NCBI GenBank assembly: GCA_018399555.1
Contig: JAGYOL010000002.1
Location: 1 to 59,102 of the forward strand
Source: Kiritimatiellia bacterium
Lineage (GTDB): Bacteria > Verrucomicrobiota > Kiritimatiellia > RFP12 > UBA1067
Direction: 5' to 3'
DNA length: 59,102 nt
The notes beneath the pieces were generated by a model. The model was not told the origin of the DNA and did not search any database. It saw only the letters and a program-made list of their open reading frames with translations. The position numbers and the translations under genes are program-made. This document shows positions 33,432-44,038 of this stretch, one piece after another (position 1 is the first letter of the stretch; every line of letters begins with the position of its first letter).

Positions 33432-34591
33432 ATTTTTCCTTTCACTTTGTTTTCAAAATTAAAGAAGATAAACAGAGCCGCGCACAGCAACAGTGCTATG
33501 CATAGTGTCAGGGCGGAGCTGTAAGAATTTGTGAGATCAGCGAGCCAGCCTCCTACACCGGGAGCGATCAGACCGGCCACTCCGTAGGATTGGAAACACA
33601 GCGGATATAACTGAGTGAATGCGGTCACCCCGAAATAACGTGAGATATAAGAGGCATATATAACAAAATTAGATCCGAAGCTAAAACCCAGCATTCCTGC
33701 CACTGATATATGCAGCCACATCGGCAGGGTGAACAGCAGCAGGGTAGTGACCGCAGCGAAAATCACCAGCGAGAGATAGATGCTGCGGTATGCGATCTGA
33801 TCAGACAGCCAACCCCACACAACCCGACCCAGCGCATTCCCTATCGCGAAGATAGAGACAGCGACCGTCGCTGCACTTTCACTCAGTCCGGCACGCAATG
33901 TTAACGGGGTCAGATTACCGATTATCAGCAGACCGGCAAAGGTTCCTGCAAACATACCTGGAAGAATCAAGGCGAATCCGGGTGAGAGAATAGCTGTCCG
34001 CAAATTGAACGCTCTGATTTCTTCGTCATTTACATCAGGCTCGGAGAGCAGTGCGGCGGCAATCAGCAGGATCAAACCCGAGCAGAGCGCGAACCAGCGG
34101 AAAAAAACAAGTACGTTTACGCTGCGGGAGAGGGCGGCTTCGGCGATGGTGGTCAGCAGAACGGCACCGCCGCCGAAACCGGCGACCGCCACACCGGTGA
34201 CTAACCCTTTGTTGTCAGGAAACCACTTCATCCCGACTGTCAAAGGGCAGACATAGCCGAATCCGATACCGACTCCCGCCACCACACCGATTCCCAGCCA
34301 AAGCAGGGCGAAGGATCCGTTTGAGAACGATGCCAGCAGATAACCGGCTGTGAAAAGCAGCGTAGCAATGGCCGCACAGAAACGGGTGCCGCGAAGCGCG
34401 ATTACTCTGCCCGAAAACAGCATGGTTACAGTGAAGGATAAAATCGAAAATCCAAAAATGAAACCGCACTCACCCGAACTTAATTTATAATCACGCATCA
34501 GATAGGGGACAAAGATGCTCCAGGCGTAAATACCTCCCAGGATGGTCTGCAAAACACAGGCAGCCGCCAGAACAATCCATCGGTTTTTCAT
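33428..34591 (-). CDS. MFS transporter (oxalate/formate-antiporter-like subfamily)
   Basis: 12 predicted TM helices, with the N-terminal LGGIYAWS motif typical of OFA-type MFS. The stop overlaps the pckG start (ATGA). Confidence 0.88.
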   Translation of the reverse strand: MKNRWIVLAAACVLQTILGGIYAWSIFVPYLMRDYKLSSGECGFIFGFSILSFTVTMLFSGRVIALRGTRFCAAIATLLFTAGYLLASFSNGSFALLWLGIGVVAGVGIGFGYVCPLTVGMKWFPDNKGLVTGVAVAGFGGGAVLLTTIAEAALSRSVNVLVFFRWFALCSGLILLIAAALLSEPDVNDEEIRAFNLRTAILSPGFALILPGMFAGTFAGLLIIGNLTPLTLRAGLSESAATVAVSIFAIGNALGRVVWGWLSDQIAYRSIYLSLVIFAAVTTLLLFTLPMWLHISVAGMLGFSFGSNFVIYASYISRYFGVTAFTQLYPLCFQSYGVAGLIAPGVGGWLADLTNSYSSALTLCIALLLCAALFIFFNFENKVKGKI

Positions 34592-34608
34592 GGTGGTACC
34601 CTCCCCGG

Positions 34609-34905
34609 TCAGCTTTTCTGAATAAGACGAATCAGATCGGAAACCTGACGATGGGCCTCGATTGGATGGCGAAGCTGTTTTTCAGGATGGACTAGATACA
34701 CGTTGCAGCGACCCTCCCGCCGGACATCAACAAATCCGGCGTCAATCAGATCAGAGACGATGCGGTGTGTGGCGCGTTCGGTGATGCCGACTATTCCAGC
34801 AATGTCGCGCAACCGCAGATCAGGATTCCTGGCAATGCACAGAAAAACATGGGCATGATTTGTCAGAAAGGTCCAATGCAGTGAATTATCTTTGGTTTCT
34901 GCCAT
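34609..34905 (-). CDS. Winged-helix (ArsR/MarR-like) transcriptional regulator
   Basis: HTH LRDIAGIVGITERATHRIVSDLIDAGFV. The ATG at 34905 is preceded by AGAGGA; the track start at 34956 is a TTG. Confidence 0.7.
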   Translation of the reverse strand: MAETKDNSLHWTFLTNHAHVFLCIARNPDLRLRDIAGIVGITERATHRIVSDLIDAGFVDVRREGRCNVYLVHPEKQLRHPIEAHRQVSDLIRLIQKS

Positions 34906-34971
34906 ACAATTTCCTCTTTGAGCGGCGTAATTTACCAGAATTAAAGCATGAGTCAAGTATCAAGTAATAGA

Positions 34972-34995
34972 ATTCATGAAAAAAATGTCATGAAT
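34972..34995. promoter_or_regulatory. Perfect 8-bp inverted repeat (ATTCATGA-8 nt-TCATGAAT), candidate operator of the ArsR-like regulator/MFS/pckG unit
   Basis: The arms are exact reverse complements, 67-90 nt upstream of the regulator ATG. Confidence 0.35.
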
Positions 34996-35090
34996 ATGGT
35001 CACACCAGAGTGAAAATTACCGTCGTGACGCCTTATGACGGCACTTTGATTACTGAGTGCTGAATTGTCTTTGGTGCAGGATCGGTCGAC

Positions 35091-35903
35091 TTACGCACGC
35101 TTTTCCAACACGACAGGGTTGATCAACTCGCCGATACCTTCAACTGTAATTTTAACTTGGTCGCCCGGCTGAAGGTAGATCGGGGGGGTGCGGGCGAAGC
35201 CCGAGCCGGAAGGGGTGCCGGTGAAGATGGCGGTGCCGGCGGGCAAGGTGGTGCTGCCGCTGAGAAAAACAATCAGGTTACGCACACTGAAGATGTGGTT
35301 GGCAGTGGTGGAGCTCTGACGCATTTCACCGTTGACATGGGCGGTTAGCTGCAGCCTCTGCGGATCGTTGATCTCGTCCGGTGTCACAAGGCAGGGTCCC
35401 ATCGGAGCGAAGGTGGCGAATGATTTTCCGCGGCAGAACTGGCCGCCGCCGTACTCTTTCTGCCAGTCGCGGGCGGAGACATCGTTGCCGCAGGTGTAAC
35501 CCAGAACATACTCCATGGCGTTTTCCGGTGTCGCGTTACGGCACTCTCTGTTCAGAACTACCACCAGTTCGGCCTCATAGTCGACCTTGCTGCTGACCAG
35601 GTGTCTCGGAATTTCGATGGGATCGCCGGGATGCTGCAGGGATGAGTGAATTTTCATAAAAAGCACCGGAAAATCGGGCACAGGGGTGTTGAATTCAGCC
35701 GCGTGATCGGCGAAATTGAGTCCGATGGCCAGTATCAGGGGCGGTGTCACCGGCGCGAGCAGCTTGCTGACAGGCACGGATTGACCGCTGAGTCTGAAAT
35801 CGCTGAAAATATCCCCTTCGATCAACTCAGCCTGCTGCGCATCGATATATCGTCCGTAAACCGCCTGCTCAATGCCCGGTGTTTTAAATCTGATTAGTTT
35901 CAT
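35091..35903 (-). CDS. Fumarylacetoacetate hydrolase (FAH) family protein
   Basis: GLNFADHAAE...VDYEAELVVV...GYTCGNDVSARDWQ...GKSFATFAPMGP...GTPSG. Confidence 0.9.
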   Translation of the reverse strand: MKLIRFKTPGIEQAVYGRYIDAQQAELIEGDIFSDFRLSGQSVPVSKLLAPVTPPLILAIGLNFADHAAEFNTPVPDFPVLFMKIHSSLQHPGDPIEIPRHLVSSKVDYEAELVVVLNRECRNATPENAMEYVLGYTCGNDVSARDWQKEYGGGQFCRGKSFATFAPMGPCLVTPDEINDPQRLQLTAHVNGEMRQSSTTANHIFSVRNLIVFLSGSTTLPAGTAIFTGTPSGSGFARTPPIYLQPGDQVKITVEGIGELINPVVLEKRA

Positions 35904-35980
35904 CTGTTCTCTTTTACCTCAAAGCTTCATAGTAAAGTATCCGATTTCAATTACAATTCGCCGTCTGCGTTGGCCGACTC

Positions 35981-36022
35981 AAATGCTTCACAATAAACCC
36001 TAAGTTCTCTGAAATGCTTCAC
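35981..36022. repeat. Two exact copies of AAATGCTTCAC, 31 bp apart (start to start), upstream of the FAH-family gene
   Basis: Copies at 35981..35991 and 36012..36022. A related AAACCTTCAC follows at ~36035. Confidence 0.6.
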
Positions 36023-36089
36023 TACGCTCATCCAAAACCTTCACGCACTCACACACCGTTTCCATACCTTTTCATAAAACTTTTGAGAG

Positions 36090-37514
36090 TTACCGTTTGG
36101 CGGGGCCCGGAAAGTTGAATTTCGGGGTATGCGACGGAATACGTGCCTCTTTCAGAAGGGTATTGAATCGGGCTGTCAGTTCGGGGTGCTGCGCGGCGAG
36201 ATTGTTTGTTTCACCGGGATCGGTTGAAAGATCATAGAGTTCCAGCGGCGCATTCGGGCGGGTGGCCACATTATAACGCACCGCTTTCCACTTACCCTGA
36301 CGCAGCGCGACTCGACCGCCTTGTTCGTGAAACTCCCAGTAGAGATAGTCGTGCTGCCGCTGACCGGAATGGTTCATGAGGGTCGGCAGAAAAGATATGC
36401 CGTCGATTTTTTCCGACGCGGCGACGCCCGCTATGTCGGTCAGGGTAGGCAGGATATCCCAGAAAGCGGTAAGATGATCGGTAGTGGTGGAGGGACGTAT
36501 TTTGCCGGGCCAGCGGGCGATCATCGGAACGTGGATACCGCCCTCATAAAGATCGCGTTTGAAACCGCGTTGTGAAGCACTGGAGTTGAAGTACTCCGGA
36601 TCGTGTCCGCCCTCTCTGTGCGGCCCGTTGTCGGAGGTAAAGATGATCAGAGTATCCTTATCAATGTCAAGTTCCCGGAGTTTGGCTGTAATCTCGCCGA
36701 CATCATCGTCGAGTAAGCTGACCATGGCGGCGAAGGCGGCACGCGGTTCACTCTGTGAGCCGTAGGGACCCCTCCTGAACATGGGACCTTGATCGGTGCC
36801 GCGATAGGCTTTTTCCTCGCCGAATTTGCCGCGAAATTTGCGCATATAGCTTTCAGGAGCGAACATTTCAGCATGCGGCTGGACAATCGCATAGTAGCAG
36901 AAAAAGGGTTTATCCCGGTTCTCTTCGATGAATCGGAGTGTTTGCGCCTGAATCAGATCGGGTGCGTAATCGTTGCATTCCACTCCGACATTGCCCCAGA
37001 GAATCTCCCTCTGGTTGTTGTCCCAGAGAAAGTAGGGATAGTAATGGTGGGCCAGACGTTGGCAGTTGTAGCCGTAGAAGCGGTCGAAGCCCATTTTCAG
37101 AGGTTCGCTGTCGGAATTCGGCGCGCCCAGTCCCCATTTGCCGAAAACTGCGGTTTTGTAGCCGGCCTTTTTGAGCAGATGCGCAACGGTGACGGTATCG
37201 GCCGGCATAGATGACTGACCTTCCGGCTGGACCTCGGCGTTGCCGCGCACGAAGGCATGGCCGGTATGCAGACCGGTCAGCAGCGAGCAGCGCGAGGGCG
37301 CACAGACAGTACTACCTGAATAACACTGTGTGAAGAGCATGCCTTCATCGGCCAGTGCGTCTATGTGGGGTGTTTTGAATCTCTTCTGTCCAAGAGCGCT
37401 GAGATCCCCGTAACCGAGATCATCGGCCAGAATAAAAATTATGTTCGGAGCACGCGCGGTGATCGACAGGGCGGTCAGTACGACTGCTGTAAATGTGACA
37501 AAACTACGTATCAT
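36090..37514 (-). CDS. Arylsulfatase (Cys-type, formylglycine-dependent)
   Basis: Signal peptide, NIIFILADDLGYGD, CAPSRCSLLTG (CxPxR), GKWGLG. Confidence 0.92.
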   Translation of the reverse strand: MIRSFVTFTAVVLTALSITARAPNIIFILADDLGYGDLSALGQKRFKTPHIDALADEGMLFTQCYSGSTVCAPSRCSLLTGLHTGHAFVRGNAEVQPEGQSSMPADTVTVAHLLKKAGYKTAVFGKWGLGAPNSDSEPLKMGFDRFYGYNCQRLAHHYYPYFLWDNNQREILWGNVGVECNDYAPDLIQAQTLRFIEENRDKPFFCYYAIVQPHAEMFAPESYMRKFRGKFGEEKAYRGTDQGPMFRRGPYGSQSEPRAAFAAMVSLLDDDVGEITAKLRELDIDKDTLIIFTSDNGPHREGGHDPEYFNSSASQRGFKRDLYEGGIHVPMIARWPGKIRPSTTTDHLTAFWDILPTLTDIAGVAASEKIDGISFLPTLMNHSGQRQHDYLYWEFHEQGGRVALRQGKWKAVRYNVATRPNAPLELYDLSTDPGETNNLAAQHPELTARFNTLLKEARIPSHTPKFNFPGPAKR

Positions 37515-37545
37515 TACTTTCTCCTTTGATTACTTTCTCCTTTGT
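37514..37545. repeat. Tandem 16-bp duplication spanning the Shine-Dalgarno region of the sulfatase gene
   Basis: TTACTTTCTCCTTTGA (37514..37529) followed by TTACTTTCTCCTTTGT (37530..37545). On the minus strand this gives AAAGGAGAAAGTAA twice. Confidence 0.8.
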
Positions 37546-37649
37546 GTAGTGCACAGCAGTATATCAGGTAAAGGTATCCGGGCAAAGAGCCATTTGCGTC
37601 GCTGTTTTAATCGGTACGCGGTGCAGTCGGGGTTCTCAATCCTGAACCT

Positions 37650-38249
37650 CTATTCTAAGCGGGGTGCGAGCAGTGCGGTAAAGGCGGCGGAGAACAAGCC
37701 GGCGGCGGCATAGCTGTGATCTGCGATCAGTAGCAATGCTGCCGCTGCCAACAGTGCGAAAGCAGTGCTGTCATGTTTCGCGATCGAACTTTGAGTGACG
37801 CGTACACGTCCGCCCTGTGCCGGGGTGGAGCGTAATTTTATCGTTTTACGTGGCTCCACATGCAGCGGCACGGCATGATCGGCGATCCAGAGATGGCCCG
37901 AATTGATGACCGCACTGCGATGAGAGTCGGCAGCGATCAGCTCTCCGATCCGGTTGAAATCGATTGTCAGACGATTCAAACCCGGGTTGAAGATGGTCAG
38001 ATCGATTTGTTGAGAATGTGTGAGAGTATTGCTTATCAAGGCGGCTGCTGCCGCCGCCAGAAGTTCAGGATTGTGGCGCTCAGGATCATTGAGTGCAAAA
38101 AAATGCGGAGCACGGAGCTCGATCAATGTCAGCAGCCAGATGCAGATCAATGAGGTTGCGCCCGCTGCAAGCAGAACTCCCGTTGCAGTCGGAGAGCACA
38201 GCAATACCGTTCCGACCGTCGCGATTGTGAATACTTTAACTTTTTTCAT
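37650..38249 (-). CDS. Hypothetical membrane protein (TM pairs at both ends flanking a soluble beta-rich segment)
   Basis: The ATG at 38249 (MKKVKVFTIATVGTVLLCS) is preferred. No recognisable family motifs. Confidence 0.45.
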   Translation of the reverse strand: MKKVKVFTIATVGTVLLCSPTATGVLLAAGATSLICIWLLTLIELRAPHFFALNDPERHNPELLAAAAAALISNTLTHSQQIDLTIFNPGLNRLTIDFNRIGELIAADSHRSAVINSGHLWIADHAVPLHVEPRKTIKLRSTPAQGGRVRVTQSSIAKHDSTAFALLAAAALLLIADHSYAAAGLFSAAFTALLAPRLE

Positions 38250-38442
38250 CTTTAAAGCGTTTCCTAAGCACGTTACGATCTGCCTGACACTCGGATTGAA
38301 AGTGCCGCAGCACGCGGATTTACCGGTTTGCAACGGTCAGATTGTGCGTCATCATCGAATTTTTCCAAATAATCCGCTCCTGAAAGCCAGTATATGCTGG
38401 TTTTCAACCTCTTATTTTTCTATTATATACCACGAACAACTT

Positions 38443-40113
38443 ATGAAAAGAAAGACATATGTAATAGGACACCGCAACCCCGATACCGATTCGATCGTAT
38501 CGGCGGTCGCTTATGCGGAATTGAAGCGTCAGCTCGGACTCGAAAACTGCTATCCGGCACGTGCGGGCAAGCTGACCCCTCAGACCGAGTATATACTGGA
38601 ACGTTTCGGCGTTCCGGCTCCAGAGTACATATCGGACCTGATTCCCAAAGTAGGCTATTTTCTGGACAAGGAGCCGGTAACTGCCGGTGAGAGGTGCTCG
38701 CTGTGGAACGCATTGGAGATTATGGACCGCGAGAAACTAAAGATTCTACCGATTGTTGACGCCGAAGGACGCTACAAATCGGTTCTTAACTACAATGCTT
38801 TCGCCAGCAACATAATCCGGAAAATCAATCCGCACCGCAAGGCGATCATTCCGACCAGCATACCGTTGTTGATCGAAACCCTCAATGCACAGCCGGTTGT
38901 TGTCTGCAGCGACGAACAGGTTGTCAAATCGCGCATCTTGGTAGCCGGTTCCTCACTGGCATCATTCAAGGAGCACCTGCTGACAGCCATACCGGCCAAC
39001 GCGCTTGTTTTGACCGGGGATCGTGAGGATGTTCAGCGTTTCAGTATTGAAAACGGAGCCCGTGCTGTGATCATCACCAATGGCACCCCGCTCGCCAAAG
39101 GGTTGCGGGAACTAGCTGAAAAACACAGGGTGACAGTTATAATTTCACCTTATGACACCTCTTCAACGGCCTTTCTGATTCTGTATTCCACCCCAGTGGC
39201 GACGGTTGCCGATTCGCGGACAATTCCCGTGAGTGAAAATAGCTATGTACGCATGATCCGTGAGGAGCTCACACGCTCGCCCTCGCGTTCGCTGGCGGTG
39301 GTGGATGACAGTGCTCTTGTGACCGGGATTTTTTCCGAAGGCGATCTGATCCGCGAACCGAATATCGACATCATCATGGTTGATCACAATGAATTGGGAC
39401 AGGCGGTTGAGGGACTTGAGAATTACCGTATACTGGAAATTCTGGATCATCATCGACTGGGAAACTTCTCGACACGTTATCCTATCACCTTCATCAACCG
39501 GGTTGTCGGCGCGACATCAACAATTGTAGCCAGTATGTATGCGGAAAAACGCGCAGTGTTGAAACCTGAAATCGCTGGCATACTTTTGGCTGGCATTCTG
39601 ACTGACACCCTGGTGCTGCGTTCGGCGACGACCACCGAGACCGATTGCGAAATGGCGGAATATCTGGCCGGCCTGGTTGATCTGGATGTCGAGGATTTCG
39701 GGCGGGAGATATTTGAAAGTGCCAGCCGGCTGCGCAATCTCCCGGTGGATGAAATTCTGGAGTTGGACTCCAAAGATTACGAAGCCTGTGGCAGAAGATT
39801 CAATGTGAGCCAGGTTGAAATAGGTGTCGGTACCGACACCTGGGAGCGCAAAGATGAGGTTCTTTGTGCACTCAAAGAGCGTTGCGAGAAAAACAGACTC
39901 TACTTCGCGGCCCTGATGGTGACCGATATCGTAGAGATGAATTCGCTGCTGCTTATTCACGGTGCCGAAGAATTTTTAAAGAAAATGGCATTTCCCCGGC
40001 GCGAAAAGAATGTTTTTCTCTGCCGCGATATACTTTCGCGCAAGAAACAGCTTATACCGCTTTTGATCGAGCAGATGGAGAGTGTGTTGGGAGTACACGA
40101 CACCCGTTCATGA
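38443..40113 (+). CDS. ppaC: Family II (DHH) inorganic pyrophosphatase with CBS-DRTGG regulatory insert (CBS-PPase)
   Basis: [17 protein letters not shown] (DHH motif I), a CBS pair flanking a DRTGG-like LTGDRED segment, MVDHNE, LDHHR, and a DHHA2-like C-terminus. Confidence 0.85.
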   Translation: MKRKTYVIGHRNPDTDSIVSAVAYAELKRQLGLENCYPARAGKLTPQTEYILERFGVPAPEYISDLIPKVGYFLDKEPVTAGERCSLWNALEIMDREKLKILPIVDAEGRYKSVLNYNAFASNIIRKINPHRKAIIPTSIPLLIETLNAQPVVVCSDEQVVKSRILVAGSSLASFKEHLLTAIPANALVLTGDREDVQRFSIENGARAVIITNGTPLAKGLRELAEKHRVTVIISPYDTSSTAFLILYSTPVATVADSRTIPVSENSYVRMIREELTRSPSRSLAVVDDSALVTGIFSEGDLIREPNIDIIMVDHNELGQAVEGLENYRILEILDHHRLGNFSTRYPITFINRVVGATSTIVASMYAEKRAVLKPEIAGILLAGILTDTLVLRSATTTETDCEMAEYLAGLVDLDVEDFGREIFESASRLRNLPVDEILELDSKDYEACGRRFNVSQVEIGVGTDTWERKDEVLCALKERCEKNRLYFAALMVTDIVEMNSLLLIHGAEEFLKKMAFPRREKNVFLCRDILSRKKQLIPLLIEQMESVLGVHDTRS

Positions 40114-40187
40114 ACCGGATGTCGTTGACGATGCCGTGCGTGCCGTTTGAACAATATGAGGTAAAAAATTTGGAGACCGATAAAATA

Positions 40188-42284
40188 ATGGATGACCTAA
40201 CAAAGATAAAAGACCAGTTGCCTGAGGAACCGCCGGCCCTGCCGGCTGAATACAAAAAAACCCGGGAAGATGAAACCGCCACCGGTTCGATGCCGCCGCG
40301 CAAGGTGATCGGAGCCTGGCTGATAGTGTTCACTGTAATGATGCTGATGCTCTACTTTCTTGTGCCGCGTCAGGGTGACAAGGTGCAGGAGATCGACCAG
40401 CTTGAATTCCGCCGGCTGGTGGAGGCCGACAAGGTGGATAAGGTGGAGATGGTGCAGGACTCCAGCGGCATAACATATCTGAAAGGGGTTCTGAAAGGCC
40501 CTGACGCACAGGATTTTAAGGTCAATCTGATTCCGTCGGAGAACCTGGAGCAATATCTGCTTGACAAGCAGATCAACTGTCCGATTGTCTATAAAAACAA
40601 TGTCCTAGGACGCATTCTGATTGAAATTCTGCCGGTAATCCTGATTCTGGGTGTACTCTACTTTTTCATTATGCGTCAGGTCAGATCATCAAGCATGGGT
40701 GCGATGAATTTCGGCAAAAGCCGGGCGAAGATGATGACCGAAGGCAAAAAGAAATTCACCTTCAAGGATGTGGCCGGTATTAAAGAGGCCAAGGAGGAGG
40801 TTCAGGAGATTGTTGAATTTCTCAAGGATCCTAAAAGATTTCAGAAGCTCGGCGGACGCATTCCCAAGGGGGTGCTGTTACTGGGGCCGCCCGGCACCGG
40901 TAAAACACTGCTGGCCAAATCGATTGCCGGTGAGGCCGGTGTGCCGTTTTTTTCCATCAGCGGTTCTGATTTCATCGAAATGTTTGTCGGTGTGGGTGCC
41001 TCGCGGGTGCGTGATATGTTCGAACAGGGTAAGAAACATGCGCCCTGTCTGATATTTATCGATGAAATTGATGCGGTCGGGCGCAGTCGTTTTTCAGGCA
41101 TGGGGGGCGGCCATGATGAGCGTGAGCAGACTTTGAACGCGATGCTGGTGGAGATGGATGGCTTTGAAACCAATGAGGGCGTCATTATTATCGCGGCTAC
41201 AAACCGGCCCGATGTGCTGGACCCCGCTCTGCTGCGTCCGGGTCGATTTGACCGCCAGATTGTGATCGACCTGCCGACGCTCGAGGGTCGCGAGGAAATT
41301 CTGCGCATGCACTCGGAAAAAATCACGCTCGGTGATGATGCCGATCTGGCTCGCATCGCCCGCGGCACAACCGGCTTCTCCGGAGCCGATCTGGCTAATC
41401 TGCTCAACGAGGCGGCTCTGGTTGCCGCACGCGCCGGCAAGGTGGCTGTTGAGCATGCTGATCTTGAAGAGGCACGTGACAAGGTGCTCTGGGGTCGCGA
41501 GCGGCGCAGTCGCACCCTGGACGAGAAGGAACTCAAGGGTACCGCCTGGCATGAATCGGGACACGCCTTGCTGCAGGTGCTGTGCGAACATGCCTATCCG
41601 CTGCATAAAGTGACGATCATTCCGCGCGGTCAGGCACTGGGTGCCACGATGAGTCTGCCCGACAGAGATGTGACCAACCGCTCGAAAAAAGAGTTTCTGG
41701 ATGATCTTGTTGTGCTGATGGGCGGCAGAATCGCCGAAGAGAAGTTTACCGATGACATCTCCACCGGTGCACGTATGGACATCCGGATGGCCAGCGATAT
41801 GGCCCATAAGATGGTCTGCGAATACGGTATGAGCGAAGAGTTCGGTTTTCAGGCCTTTGGTGAGAATGAAGAGACCTTCTTTCTTGGACGTGAATTAACC
41901 CGTCATAAGTCTTACAGTGAGGAGACCGCGCGGCGCATCGATGCCGAGGTAAGTAAAATTCTGCAAAATGCCTACCGGCGCGCTGCGGATCTGATCGAGC
42001 ATAATCAGGATAAACTTCAGATTCTGGTCGAAATGCTGCTCGAACGTGAAAGCATGGACGGTCGCGATGTCGAGGACCTGATCAGACTCGGTCGGATTCG
42101 TACACCGGAAGAGCGTGCCGAAGAGGAGGATAGAACGGAAAAGAATGCGCAGAAGCCCTCCGAGGAAGAGAACGAGCAGGTCGAAAGTGCTGCGGAGTCC
42201 GAATCTCCTTCGGCATCTTCCGAAGACCAGCCTGATGCGGCGGAAAATGAAAGTCGTGAGGTCGAGAATATCCGCAAGGAGTGA
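40188..42284 (+). CDS. ftsH: ATP-dependent zinc metalloprotease FtsH
   Basis: Two TM segments, Walker [13 protein letters not shown], Walker B IIFIDEID, SRH, HESGHAL zinc site, and an acidic C-terminal tail. An alternative start at ATG 40110 overlaps the ppaC stop. Confidence 0.95.
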   Translation: MDDLTKIKDQLPEEPPALPAEYKKTREDETATGSMPPRKVIGAWLIVFTVMMLMLYFLVPRQGDKVQEIDQLEFRRLVEADKVDKVEMVQDSSGITYLKGVLKGPDAQDFKVNLIPSENLEQYLLDKQINCPIVYKNNVLGRILIEILPVILILGVLYFFIMRQVRSSSMGAMNFGKSRAKMMTEGKKKFTFKDVAGIKEAKEEVQEIVEFLKDPKRFQKLGGRIPKGVLLLGPPGTGKTLLAKSIAGEAGVPFFSISGSDFIEMFVGVGASRVRDMFEQGKKHAPCLIFIDEIDAVGRSRFSGMGGGHDEREQTLNAMLVEMDGFETNEGVIIIAATNRPDVLDPALLRPGRFDRQIVIDLPTLEGREEILRMHSEKITLGDDADLARIARGTTGFSGADLANLLNEAALVAARAGKVAVEHADLEEARDKVLWGRERRSRTLDEKELKGTAWHESGHALLQVLCEHAYPLHKVTIIPRGQALGATMSLPDRDVTNRSKKEFLDDLVVLMGGRIAEEKFTDDISTGARMDIRMASDMAHKMVCEYGMSEEFGFQAFGENEETFFLGRELTRHKSYSEETARRIDAEVSKILQNAYRRAADLIEHNQDKLQILVEMLLERESMDGRDVEDLIRLGRIRTPEERAEEEDRTEKNAQKPSEEENEQVESAAESESPSASSEDQPDAAENESREVENIRKE

Positions 42285-43156
42285 TAGGTTTAATGCTCGG
42301 AATTCATAGACAGAGCCCGAGATTATGGAGATGCGGAGAGCGGGAACTCTCTCTGGAGGCTCCTTTGGTGATGGGCATTTTGAATGTCAGCCCTGATTCG
42401 TTCTACGATGGCGGCAGGTATCTCAATTTCGACGCGGCGGTTGAAAGAGCCCGGCAGATGGCGGACGAAGGTGCCTCTATTATCGATATCGGTGGTGAAT
42501 CAACCCGCCCCGGTGCCGATGAGATCAACGTTGAATGTGAGCTGGAGCGTGTGATACCGGTGGTCAGGGAGGTCTGCCGCAGTGTGGATGCCGCTGTTTC
42601 AATCGATACGCGTCATCTGGCGGTGGCGGCCTCCGCAGTTGATGCCGGTGCGGATATCATTAACAATATCATGCCGGTTGATGGTGATGTCGGCATGGCC
42701 GCGTTGGCCGCCGGCAGCGGTGCGGGATTGGTGGTTATGCACATGCGGGGCACACCACGGACGATGAATACGCTGACAAACTACGATGATGTCGAAAGTG
42801 ATGTTTACAATATGTTGCGTCGCAGTGTTGATTTCGTGATTGAACATGGTGTTGATCCCGCACAGACAGTGGTTGATCCGGGTATAGGGTTTGCCAAAGA
42901 GAGTGCGCATAACCTCAGACTGATTGCGCATCTGGATCGTCTGACATCAATAGCCCCCGTTTTGCTGGGTGCCTCAAGAAAAAGGTTTATCGGTGAGATC
43001 AGCGGAACACCCGGAGCGGAAGACCGTCTCGGCGGCAGTGTTGCCGCTGTACTGGAGGGGGTGCGCCGAGGAGCTTCGATTGTACGGGTGCATGACGTGC
43101 GTGAAAGTGTCCAGGCCATAGCTCTGTTTAACGCGCTGCAGGAGATCGGAGATTAA
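42281..43156 (+). CDS. folP: Dihydropteroate synthase
   Basis: [42 protein letters not shown]. The GTG start overlaps the ftsH stop; ATG 42293 is an alternative. Confidence 0.93.
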   Translation: MIGLMLGIHRQSPRLWRCGERELSLEAPLVMGILNVSPDSFYDGGRYLNFDAAVERARQMADEGASIIDIGGESTRPGADEINVECELERVIPVVREVCRSVDAAVSIDTRHLAVAASAVDAGADIINNIMPVDGDVGMAALAAGSGAGLVVMHMRGTPRTMNTLTNYDDVESDVYNMLRRSVDFVIEHGVDPAQTVVDPGIGFAKESAHNLRLIAHLDRLTSIAPVLLGASRKRFIGEISGTPGAEDRLGGSVAAVLEGVRRGASIVRVHDVRESVQAIALFNALQEIGD

Positions 43157-43159
43157 TCA

Positions 43160-44038
43160 ATGTTTGCAGGAATACAGATAGCATTCAATGATATCATGCA
43201 GATAATCATTCTGTATCTCGTGATATACGCTGTCATACGCTTGATCAAAGGTACGCGCAGCGCCCAGGTACTGCTGGGTTTCTGTGTGACGGTCGTATCG
43301 CTCCTGACATTCACCTACCTTTTCAACTTTGAAGTGCTGGCCCGGATAGTCTATTTTCTTCTGATATATCTTGCGTTGAGCATGGTTGTTGTTTTTCAGC
43401 AGGATATCCGCCGGATGCTGGCATTGGTCGGAGGACAGCGGTTCTTTTCACGTCAGTACACCTTGAATAATGCTCCGGTAACTGAAATGCTGACAAAAAG
43501 CATCATCAATATGTCGCGCAAGAGAATCGGGGTTCTGATTGCAATTGAACGCGGCATTTCTCTGCGGGGATATGAAGAGTCCGGTATCGGGGTTAATGCC
43601 GATTTGAGTCATGAACTGCTGGTCTCTATTTTTACGCCGCCACTGCCGCTGCACGATGGCGGCATTGTGATTCGTGATGGACGGATCGCCGCAGCGCACT
43701 GTCTGTTTCCGGTTTCCAATAAAAATGATCTGATTTCATCCGGGATGCGTCATCGTGCAGCGGTTGGTTTGAGTGAGGAGACCGACGCCGTTATTTTTGT
43801 GGTGTCGGAGGAGACCGGCACGGTTTCAATCGCCTACAACGGGAAACTGCACCGTTACACCGAGAAAGATAATGTAAACAGGATAATGCTCCGCTGGCTG
43901 CGTGTCGCGATGCCGCGTTATAAAAAGTCGGACAGCGTTTCTCTCTATGATCAGGTGTCAAACTGGCTGGCTGAGCAGATTGATGTTTACTCAGAGGCAA
44001 GTCGAAAGGAGAAGGTGCATGCAGATAAAGGTGGCTAA
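43160..44038 (+). CDS. cdaA: Diadenylate cyclase CdaA (membrane-anchored DAC domain)
   Basis: Three N-terminal TM helices. HDGGIVIRDGRIAAA, GMRHRAAVGLSEETDAVIFVVSEETGTVS. Confidence 0.92.
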   Translation: MFAGIQIAFNDIMQIIILYLVIYAVIRLIKGTRSAQVLLGFCVTVVSLLTFTYLFNFEVLARIVYFLLIYLALSMVVVFQQDIRRMLALVGGQRFFSRQYTLNNAPVTEMLTKSIINMSRKRIGVLIAIERGISLRGYEESGIGVNADLSHELLVSIFTPPLPLHDGGIVIRDGRIAAAHCLFPVSNKNDLISSGMRHRAAVGLSEETDAVIFVVSEETGTVSIAYNGKLHRYTEKDNVNRIMLRWLRVAMPRYKKSDSVSLYDQVSNWLAEQIDVYSEASRKEKVHADKGG

